Positions 34,685-41,439 of a DNA stretch of 41,439 bases are shown in pieces. The DNA comes from a virus. Lineage: Duplodnaviria; Caudoviricetes. The stretch covers positions 1 through 41,439 of the IMG/VR virus record IMGVR_UViG_3300048575_000492. One strand, written 5' to 3'. Each line of letters opens with the position of its first letter. Position 1 is the first letter of the stretch. The notes under the pieces were generated by a model. It saw nothing but the letters and a program-made list of their open reading frames with translations, had not been told where the DNA came from and made no database searches. Made by a program: the position numbers and the translations under genes.

Positions 34685-36891
34685 GATTTGGCCTCTTGCT
34701 TGGGTGACTTGATGAGTGTGGAGAGCGCCTCCACGTCGACGCCGGCTACAGAACAAAGCTCGCGGAAGGTCCAGGACCGCAGCCGATCGGCCATCAGGCT
34801 CCGGTCGCGATCCGTGACGGAACCGGGGTTGGCGAGCAGCCATCCGGCCATGTCCTGGTCCGTTCGGAAGCTTGGGCGGGTGCCGGCCGGCACCGGACGC
34901 GGCAGGAAGGCAATCACCTCGCCTTGCGCCGACGGCTCGGCGAGCGGTTCATCCGCAGGCAAGGCCGGCGCCTCGCCCGTGGCGGCTGTGAGAGCGGCGG
35001 CGATATCCGGTGTCACGTGATCCACAGTGCGCGCCGGCAGCTTGACGATATCGGCGCCACCCTTGGCGCGGAGCTGCCGTTCCTTCTCGCCGAGATAGCG
35101 CTCGATCATCGGGGCGCCCGAGGTCAGCTGACGGACCTCGGCGCGGATCGGATCGGTCCGGTCCTTCAGCAGCGCCGCGCGCTGTTGCTTGACCATCCGG
35201 GTATATTCGGCCGGGTCGACGCCTCGAAGCTCTGGGCAGACCGCCAGCTCGACGAAGGTGCCCGTCGACTCGTCGAACAGGAACACGACACCGAGGTCGT
35301 TCGGGTCGAGCCGCACGAACACGCGATCGCCGGGGAATGCCTTGATCGTCTGGTAGTGATACTCGCCGATCTGGACGCCGAACTTGGTGACCTTGCGATA
35401 ACCGCCCTTGGCAACCGGCATCAGCAGAACGTCCAGGGCGCGCTCGTCGACAGTACGGATGACGACGCCGGACTGGCGGGCGGCTTCCGCCGGCGTCATG
35501 CCTTTCAGGCCTGCGTGTGGCGTCTGCTCGTAAACGACTTCGATCCACCGGTCGGCCGCCTTCTGAATGTCGGCGATCGTGTAGCGCACCCCGAACAGCT
35601 GGGCCGTTTCCATGCCCAGGCGTTGGGCGAAGTTCTTCCGGTCTTCCAGGCGCTTCCGATCGGCGACGTTATGGCCGGCATAACCGGGGAGCAGCTCGGC
35701 AAAGCTGTGCTGTATGGTTTTGATGGCCCGTTCGACGTGGCCCTTCTGTTCCGGGCTATAGGCGTCCGAGTACTTCAGCTCGATCTTCAGGGCGTCGGCG
35801 AGCCGCTTTGTGTCTTCGGCCGCGAAGTCGCTGCCGTTGTCGGTCTTGATCTCCTTGGGCACGCCCCAGGCGAGCAGCGCCTTGCGCAGGAGCATCGCGA
35901 CGGCAGCCGCCCGAGGCGTTGTCGACACGTAGATGACCATGCGACGCGGGCCGACGTCGATGCAGACGTAGACGGTGGGCCGTGACACCTCGGTATCGAA
36001 TGCGTCGAGCGGCGAGGAGTCGATCATCCACAGCAGGTTCGGCGCGGTGATGTGCCGCAGCGTGCCGACGCCGCTTGGCGCCATGGTCGACCGGTAGCGG
36101 TCCGGATCGGAGAGCTTAGCCAGAGCAACGGCTTCCGTCGTGCGCCAGATCTTGACCTGGTTCTGGATCGTGCGGACCGGCGGAATGGGACGGACGGTGC
36201 CGTCGGCGGCAATCAGCGACCCGCCAAGCTCGTCGGATAGAAGGGTTTGGATGCGCTCGGCCGCGATCGACGGCTGATGGGCGATGAGGGCCAGAATGAA
36301 CGCCTTGGCGCGGCCTCCGTTGGCCGTTTCGAGGATGCCCTTTCCCTTGCGGGCAAGGCTCCGATCGACGCCGAGTGCCTTGCCTTCACGCGCATCCGAC
36401 ATCCAGCGAAACAGCGTGCGCGAACTGACTCTCGGTACTTCTTCGCGGATCCAGTCCTCAACGCGGACATCGCCGCAGTTGTAGGCAAACTCGAATGACT
36501 TGTACCCACCTTGCTTTCCAAGGTTGATCCCTGCCGCGTAAATCTCGCATGCCGTCAGGATGGCGACGCGCGCCGCCTGGGCTCGTCGGGCGCGATCGGT
36601 TTCGGGCGTCGGCAGAACAGGCTGCGGCCGGATGGGCTCCACGGCGCCGACGGACATCGTGCGCTGGTGATAGTCGGCCCAGGCCCGTGTCGGGATCAGG
36701 CTGATATGGTATTCCATGCCGCCGCCCTGACGGGAGCGCTTGCGGGCCCGGAACATGTCGTCGTTCCAGCCGTTGGCTTCAGCGTGAAACTGCACGCCGC
36801 GCTCCGAAGTCGGCAGGTCGAGAAGTTTCAGAGCGGCGATCTCGCGTGCGGTGAACCATTCCCGGGCCAGTGGGCGGGATTGAACTGTCAT
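34681..36891 (-). CDS. MuA-like DDE transposase
   Basis: N-terminal Mu HTH (WFTAREIA..LP), catalytic WMID / TDNGSDF / KGHVER, and Mu-transposase C-terminal beta domain. Confidence 0.97.
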   Translation of the reverse strand: MTVQSRPLAREWFTAREIAALKLLDLPTSERGVQFHAEANGWNDDMFRARKRSRQGGGMEYHISLIPTRAWADYHQRTMSVGAVEPIRPQPVLPTPETDRARRAQAARVAILTACEIYAAGINLGKQGGYKSFEFAYNCGDVRVEDWIREEVPRVSSRTLFRWMSDAREGKALGVDRSLARKGKGILETANGGRAKAFILALIAHQPSIAAERIQTLLSDELGGSLIAADGTVRPIPPVRTIQNQVKIWRTTEAVALAKLSDPDRYRSTMAPSGVGTLRHITAPNLLWMIDSSPLDAFDTEVSRPTVYVCIDVGPRRMVIYVSTTPRAAAVAMLLRKALLAWGVPKEIKTDNGSDFAAEDTKRLADALKIELKYSDAYSPEQKGHVERAIKTIQHSFAELLPGYAGHNVADRKRLEDRKNFAQRLGMETAQLFGVRYTIADIQKAADRWIEVVYEQTPHAGLKGMTPAEAARQSGVVIRTVDERALDVLLMPVAKGGYRKVTKFGVQIGEYHYQTIKAFPGDRVFVRLDPNDLGVVFLFDESTGTFVELAVCPELRGVDPAEYTRMVKQQRAALLKDRTDPIRAEVRQLTSGAPMIERYLGEKERQLRAKGGADIVKLPARTVDHVTPDIAAALTAATGEAPALPADEPLAEPSAQGEVIAFLPRPVPAGTRPSFRTDQDMAGWLLANPGSVTDRDRSLMADRLRSWTFRELCSVAGVDVEALSTLIKSPKQEAKS

Positions 36892-37349
36892 TTCCCGGCC
36901 CTCCAGGCGGCGTCGGCCGCGTCGATCTCGCGCTGCAGGGCGGCTTGCCGATCCTTGGCGACCTCGCGCCGGATCAACGGCTCGTATTTTGCCGGCACCA
37001 CCACCATTCCAGTCGACTCCAGCAACATGTTGAGCGGCCTCGCATCGCCGGTAACGGAAACCAGCGCGATGAGGCGCAGCGCGCTGATCACGTGCTCGGT
37101 CGCCTGGCTGGCGTACTTGTCGAGCATCGCCTTGCTCATCGTCTCGTCCCGAAGGAGATCCTTCATTGCCGCGGCGACTTCGGTCCGGCTCATGCCGCAG
37201 TCCTGAAGCGTCCGCGCCACGGCCTTGGACAGGCGGCCGGCCAGGTCGAATGCCCGCACCGAGTCCTCGGAAAAGCGCTCGACGACTGGCGCCGGCGCAT
37301 AGTCCTTGAAGAGATCGATGGTGCCCGCATCGGGCCGGCGTTTCGGCAT
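36888..37349 (-). CDS. Putative DNA-binding regulator (CII-like)
   Basis: MSRTEVAAAM..SKAMLDKYAS..H.IS helical pattern; directly upstream of the transposase. Confidence 0.65.
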   Translation of the reverse strand: MPKRRPDAGTIDLFKDYAPAPVVERFSEDSVRAFDLAGRLSKAVARTLQDCGMSRTEVAAAMKDLLRDETMSKAMLDKYASQATEHVISALRLIALVSVTGDARPLNMLLESTGMVVVPAKYEPLIRREVAKDRQAALQREIDAADAAWRAGK

Positions 37350-37351
37350 GG

Positions 37352-38215
37352 TCAGGTGGCCTTCTTGCCTTGCTTGCGGGCCATCCAGGCCATGATCTTC
37401 GGCGCCAGGGTTTCGAACACGCGGTCGAGCTGTGTGTCGGGAAGACGCATCAGCTTCGCGGTCGTGGCTTCCCAGAGCTCCAGCTGCTTCGGCGCCGGCA
37501 CGCGGTCGATGATGGCGATCGCCTCGTCGACGTTGGCCGCGTTCGGCGGGTCGGACAGCAGCAGACCGACGATCTGCGCCTGCCGCTGCGCCGTCTCGCC
37601 GGAGAGTTTGAGCAGCTCGCTGGCGTTGTTGGCGATCGGGTGCGCGGAAATCTTGAGGCGCACGGGCTCGGAAATGCCCTTGGCGATCTTCAGGCTGCGG
37701 CCGATCGAGTCTTCGGAAACGCCCAGAACCTTCGCCGCTGCGAGGCTGAAACGCTCGGCGAACGACCTATTCCGCAAATCTGCGGAATTGGTCATGTCTG
37801 CGGAAATGGTCGCCTTGCTACGCCGATCGCCGCCACGCTTGTCGACGGCGTTGGCCGTCTCGTAGATCTCTTTCCAGGCGACGAGATGGATGGCCCGGTC
37901 GAGCGCGGTCAGCTCGTAGCGGAGGAGATTCTCGCGTACCTCACGCAAGCGGATTTCCGCCTCGCTCGCGAACTCCGACCGGTCGAATACCTTGGTTTCG
38001 ATATCCTCAAGTCCGAGAAGCAGCGCCGCCTCGGTCCTGTGCCCGCCGGAAATCAGGCGGTAGCCCTTATCGAGCGCGACCACCTCGATCGGCGGCCACT
38101 GCGGAGCCCCAGCCTCGCGCGCCTCGTCGGCCAGCGCCTGCACCCAGTCTGGATTGATCGCGCGGAGCCGCTTTGAGCGGTCGATATCGGCGATCCGGAT
38201 GCTCTTAATCTGCAT
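37352..38215 (-). CDS. ParB N-terminal-domain protein with HTH
   Basis: PPIEV..YRLISGGHR..ENLLR.ELT, RGGDRRS and AAKVLGVSEDSI motifs; start MQIKSI. Confidence 0.9.
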   Translation of the reverse strand: MQIKSIRIADIDRSKRLRAINPDWVQALADEAREAGAPQWPPIEVVALDKGYRLISGGHRTEAALLLGLEDIETKVFDRSEFASEAEIRLREVRENLLRYELTALDRAIHLVAWKEIYETANAVDKRGGDRRSKATISADMTNSADLRNRSFAERFSLAAAKVLGVSEDSIGRSLKIAKGISEPVRLKISAHPIANNASELLKLSGETAQRQAQIVGLLLSDPPNAANVDEAIAIIDRVPAPKQLELWEATTAKLMRLPDTQLDRVFETLAPKIMAWMARKQGKKAT

Positions 38216-38283
38216 TTCCACCCTCTTCAAACACGCTTCAAACTGGCGTTCGGGAATGCCGCCAGCGGCGGCAAACCGGAGCG

Positions 38284-38613
38284 TCAGGCAACGGCGTCTT
38301 CGGCTATGACGTTTTCCGCAAAATCCCAGTCGTCGGCGAGTTGGTCGATCGCAGTCGGAGCCCATCCCGTCACGGTGTGGCCGAACAAGTCGCGCGCATC
38401 GAAGCGCGGCAGCCGCGTCACTGTGCCTGCATCGCCAAACTCGAAATACTTGAGGGGAATGCAGCCACTTACGTCCGCCTGCGTCCGAGCCTCTTCGGAA
38501 GCCGGATCGATACTGCCGCGCACGAAGTAGATGAGTTCATGACTGAGGTCGTTCGGGCGGGCCATGGCCCGGCCGGCCAACATCAACTCAAGCGCTTCGA
38601 CATATTTCATCAT
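38284..38613 (-). CDS. Tad2-like (DUF2829) anti-defence signal sponge
   Basis: M.Y.EALE.M..G....R at the N-terminus and GWAPTAIDQLADDW at the C-terminus match the Tad2/DUF2829 pattern; start MMKYVE with RBS GGGAG. Confidence 0.75.
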   Translation of the reverse strand: MMKYVEALELMLAGRAMARPNDLSHELIYFVRGSIDPASEEARTQADVSGCIPLKYFEFGDAGTVTRLPRFDARDLFGHTVTGWAPTAIDQLADDWDFAENVIAEDAVA

Positions 38614-38693
38614 GGTCTCCCATCGGAACCGCCCTCGGGCGGCGAGGCCGTCTGGCACTCGGGAAACCGGCCCTCGGGCCGGTAACCGAAGGG

Positions 38694-39101
38694 TCAGCGT
38701 GGAGCGGGGGTGAAATCGACGTAGAACGTATCGCCGACGGCGAATTTGCCGAGCAGCGCGGGATTGGCGAGCGTCAATTGCAAGCTGATCGAGGGCGAGA
38801 ACTTGGCGTAGGTGTTGTTCTCGTCGGCGCCGTCCTCGGGATACTGCTTCGCGGCAACACCATGCAGATAAAGCAGTTCCTGCTGAGGCTTGCCTTCGGC
38901 GTCCGGCCAAAACGGCGTGACGGAACCAACGCACATCTTGGCGCGCATGCTCACATGAAGTGCCTCGGCCCGTCCTTTTGGCTGCGGGTCGTACACGCTC
39001 GGCTGGGGATCGTTAGGGATCACAACGATCACGGTTGCATTATTCTCGCGGGCATACTCCGCGAACTCCTCCGGTGTAATCGTGCGCTTCTGTTCGGACA
39101 T
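38694..39101 (-). CDS. Conserved phage hypothetical beta protein
   Basis: MRAKM.V..EN..YAKFSP..L.L.LANP....F..GD.FYVDFTPA domain with a 50-aa N-terminal extension; RBS AGGAG. Confidence 0.75.
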   Translation of the reverse strand: MSEQKRTITPEEFAEYARENNATVIVVIPNDPQPSVYDPQPKGRAEALHVSMRAKMCVGSVTPFWPDAEGKPQQELLYLHGVAAKQYPEDGADENNTYAKFSPSISLQLTLANPALLGKFAVGDTFYVDFTPAPR

Positions 39102-39112
39102 CTCGATCTCCT

Positions 39113-39185
39113 GAAAGGGGCCGCCGGACCGGAACGCATCCGGCGGCCAAGTCTAGGGAGGAAAGCGCCGGAGCCCCGGCCACTC
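39113..39185 (-). ncRNA. MmgR/suhB (alpha-r8)-like small RNA
   Basis: Minus strand: short hairpin GCCGG-GGCT-CCGGC, then TTTCCTCCCTAGACTT, then a 10-bp stem GGCCGCCGGA/TCCGGCGGCC and CCTTT. The 5' end is uncertain. Confidence 0.75.
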
Positions 39186-39239
39186 ACCACTGCGCAGGTG
39201 ACGGCGATCCCCGGCCCTGATGGACCGGGAACTGGGTCG

Positions 39240-39728
39240 TCAGCGTTCGCTGGATTTGATCCAGAGGTGCGGATCGAAGGGTGATTGCATCGCCGTGATG
39301 TGCATGGTCGAGCGGCTGACCGGCACCAGGCGCTCGACGAGATTGTCGAGCACGAAAGTTCCCGACGTCGTCGTGACGATCAGCACGGCGTGGCGCTCGC
39401 CGGCCGCTGTCTCTCCCACGGCGATGCGCGCATAGGCGGAGCCGACGCCGGCCTCGATCAGCATGGCGCGCTTGGTGAGGGCAAAATCCTCGCAATCGCC
39501 GGTGAACCCACCGACCTGCCAGACATCGGCTCGGCCGATCTCGGCCTGTGGACGCACGGAAATGTTGACGACCCGGTTGATGGCGTCCGCCTGGCCGATG
39601 GTCGGCAGATCGCCGATGACGGGGCGGCACTGCGCCGGATCATCCTGGCAGAGCTGATACCAGCCGGTCGGAGCCACGGTGTACATCGCCGCCGTCAAGC
39701 CGGCGATCAGGGCCAAGGAAGCACTCAT
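39240..39728 (-). CDS. Exported transglutaminase-like cysteine peptidase (BTLCP / C93, LapG family)
   Basis: Signal peptide; INR.VN, D.W, GDCEDFA..KR, HAVL.V and VLDNL motifs giving a Cys-His-Asp triad. Confidence 0.9.
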   Translation of the reverse strand: MSASLALIAGLTAAMYTVAPTGWYQLCQDDPAQCRPVIGDLPTIGQADAINRVVNISVRPQAEIGRADVWQVGGFTGDCEDFALTKRAMLIEAGVGSAYARIAVGETAAGERHAVLIVTTTSGTFVLDNLVERLVPVSRSTMHITAMQSPFDPHLWIKSSER

Positions 39729-39764
39729 GATGATCTCCAGAAAGGCCGAATTACCGGCGTGACG

Positions 39765-40004
39765 TCAGGCAGCCCGCTCGAAAGCGGGCTGTTGGTTCAG
39801 TAGGAAAAGCAGCTCTATTGACGCGCGCTCGGCGGCCTCGCGCGCCGCCTCGTCGAAGCGGCGCGACATCGCGATCTGCTCTTCGCTGGGGCGGCAGCCC
39901 ATGCGGGCAAGCGCGATGCGCAGGTCCATCGCCTCGGCCGACGCGCGATAGGCTTCGCGCTGGTGCCTGCAGGCCTGGTCGCAGAGTCCGGCGGGGTTGA
40001 TCAT
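39765..40004 (-). CDS. Hypothetical protein
   Basis: 79 aa from MINPAG, ATGA-coupled to the upstream small ORF. Confidence 0.6.
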   Translation of the reverse strand: MINPAGLCDQACRHQREAYRASAEAMDLRIALARMGCRPSEEQIAMSRRFDEAAREAAERASIELLFLLNQQPAFERAA

Positions 40005-40177
40005 TGCCAATCCCCGAAGCTCTTGCTCGCCAGGACGATCAGCCAGCCGCAGAAGCCGGTACCGCATAGGGCAACGGCAATCATCCCGCAGACGTCGCGC
40101 AGGCCGAACGGCACCACGTCGACGAGGCGACGGCGCAGCATGTCAGCGGGGATGCGTATTTCTGACATGGGGGCCAT
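40001..40177 (-). CDS. Small single-TM protein (58 aa), not in the ORF track
   Basis: MAPMSEIRIP..GMIAVALCGTGFCGWLIVLASKSFGDWQ; TAATG overlap with ner and ATGA overlap downstream. Confidence 0.65.
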   Translation of the reverse strand: MAPMSEIRIPADMLRRRLVDVVPFGLRDVCGMIAVALCGTGFCGWLIVLASKSFGDWQ

Positions 40178-40509
40178 TACGCAGCCCTCGCACTGTCAAC
40201 AGCGGTTGTACGTGATTGCCTCGATTCACCGACTGTTTTATGCGATGAGTCCATCAGCCCCGAACGGACGGGTTCCGGCCGGCCGGGGCGAGCAGTCAGG
40301 TACATGCCGGGGAACAGCTCGAGCATCGGCACGCCGAGGATCATCGAGATCACGCGGGCAGCTCGGTAGTTCCCGCCCCGAAGGCTCTGGCGGGCAGCGC
40401 CGTTGTAGAACGGGCCTTGCTCGTCACCCTGGCGATCGATGGCGGCAAGGGTCCACCCCTGTTTCGTCAGGGCCGCCTTGATATCCGGCGGGGTCCACGC
40501 CTGAGACAT
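40177..40509 (-). CDS. ner: Ner-like transcriptional regulator
   Basis: W...DIKAAL.K.G.TLA and I...LGV....LFP..Y motifs; divergent from the repressor; start MSQAWT with RBS GGAG. Confidence 0.88.
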   Translation of the reverse strand: MSQAWTPPDIKAALTKQGWTLAAIDRQGDEQGPFYNGAARQSLRGGNYRAARVISMILGVPMLELFPGMYLTARPGRPEPVRSGLMDSSHKTVGESRQSRTTAVDSARAA

Positions 40510-40605
40510 GACTGCTCCATATCGCTGGCGGCCGGATTTCCGACCGCTTCTTTTTCGCGGCGCCGTACTACGTTTGGAGTGCGAGAACGGCGTCCCGTTG
40601 GAGTA

Positions 40606-40634
40606 GTTATCGCGCAATTGCGATGATTTGACAA
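40606..40634 (-). promoter_or_regulatory. Candidate early promoter (Pe) for the ner operon
   Basis: TTGTCA-N17-GATAAC on the minus strand, with the palindrome CGCAATTGCG (40613-40622) in the spacer. Confidence 0.5.
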
Positions 40635-40743
40635 GCGTAATGACGTCTGTTTTGTCGTTTCGGAGTTAGCAAGGCGCTCGATCTTAGCGTAATCACGTTA
40701 ACTGGTTGATGTGATTACATTTTTATTGATTTGAGCGAAAAAG

Positions 40744-40772
40744 CCAAACTCCGAAGAGAGTTCGGAGTTTGG
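40744..40772. repeat. Perfect 12-bp inverted repeat abutting the repressor start codon
   Basis: CCAAACTCCGAA-GAGAG-TTCGGAGTTTGG, ending just before the ATG at 40774. Confidence 0.8.
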
Positions 40773-40773
40773 T

Positions 40774-41439
40774 ATGTCAGAGCAAACCTTCGCCGATCGG
40801 CTTCGCCTTGTGCAGGGCCGAGATAGCGTCAACGCCATGGCGTCAAAATGCGGCATTCCGTATACGACATTACGTCAGTACTTCGGCGGCACTGAACCCT
40901 CGGCGACCAACGTTGCCAAGATCGCCCAGGCTTGTGGGGTGGATCTCACCTGGCTCATCACTGGAAATGGAGAAATGCGCCCTGAAAGCCTCGGTTTTCA
41001 CGAGGATCAGGCGCGATATCGCGTCGACGATGTGGGGCTATCCGGGCTGGTAGTGGTGCGCAGGCTCGACGGATACGTTTTGACGGAGCAAGAGTATCTG
41101 GCTGAAATGCTGGCGTTTCCGGCCAGTTTGTTGGTCCGCATAGGCCTATCGGCCACTACGGCGCGGCTGCTCGTAGTGCGCGGCGACAGCATGGCGCCCA
41201 CGCTGCAGCACGGCGACCTGGTGCTGCTCGATACTTCCGTCGAAAGCGTCAAGGAATCCGGCATTTTCGCGGTCAGTGTCGACGATCGCGTCTTCGTAAA
41301 GCGCATCCAGCCGCGCTATGATGGCTCACTGCAGGTCGTGTCGGACAATCCCATCTATCCGCCCGAAAAGATCTCGGCAACGGATGCGGCGGCGTTCAAG
41401 ATCGTCGGTCAGGTGCGCTGGTTTGGGCGCTCGATCTAG
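40774..41439 (+). CDS. Prophage repressor: XRE HTH plus S24 autopeptidase
   Basis: N-terminal HTH (MASKCGIPYTTLRQY..WLITG), catalytic GDSM.P and VKR, SDNP.Y motifs. Confidence 0.95.
   Translation: MSEQTFADRLRLVQGRDSVNAMASKCGIPYTTLRQYFGGTEPSATNVAKIAQACGVDLTWLITGNGEMRPESLGFHEDQARYRVDDVGLSGLVVVRRLDGYVLTEQEYLAEMLAFPASLLVRIGLSATTARLLVVRGDSMAPTLQHGDLVLLDTSVESVKESGIFAVSVDDRVFVKRIQPRYDGSLQVVSDNPIYPPEKISATDAAAFKIVGQVRWFGRSI

Larger units (their letters stand above)
1..41439. mobile_element. Mu-like transposable prophage with a siphovirus-type tail; ends lie outside the window
   Basis: Canonical Mu gene order: repressor/ner, A, B, gam, gemA, mor/C, lysis, small and large terminase, DUF935 portal, F, G, I, capsid, gp36, then tail tube, tape measure and tip genes. 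No sheath or baseplate genes seen. Confidence 0.97.

Noticed and set aside
34924-37865. 353-aa and 331-aa plus-strand ORFs
   Set aside because: Antisense shadows of the transposase and ParB-like genes.
1-41439. Mu attL/attR ends, gin invertase, mom, CRISPR array, tRNA, reverse transcriptase or diversity-generating retroelement
   Set aside because: None seen. The window is cut at gene boundaries so the ends lie outside, and no regular repeat-spacer array, cloverleaf, RT motif or template/variable repeat pair was noticed by eye.

Overview
Almost the whole window is a transposable (Mu-like) prophage of a high-GC bacterium, probably an alphaproteobacterium of the Rhizobiales type (inferred from the gene content and an MmgR/suhB-like RNA). 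Nearly all genes are on the minus strand. From right to left it encodes: a divergent S24-type repressor (+) and Ner-like regulator; an accessory early cassette (two small ORFs, a LapG-like transglutaminase-type peptidase, an MmgR/suhB-like sRNA, an unknown beta protein, a Tad2-like sponge and a ParB-like protein); MuA transposase and MuB ATPase; a semi-essential region (DnaA-C HTH, Gam, GemA, HNH, DUF2786); a Mor/C-like activator; a lysis cassette; a Mu-type head module that contains an Acb2-like anti-CBASS gene; a lambda-like non-contractile tail with a -1 frameshifted chaperone; a mosaic tailspike; and a convergent low-GC accessory gene. The Mu ends are not visible because the window starts and stops on gene boundaries. 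The most notable items are two signal-sponge anti-defence homologues (early Tad2-like, late Acb2-like), an sRNA and repeated RNA structures punctuating the early cassette, and 11-bp-phased TT(C/T/G)(A/G)AA arrays recurring every 5.6-8 kb. All family calls come from motif recognition by eye; no searches were run. Many start codons were moved inward from the ORF track using RBS and stop/start overlaps.
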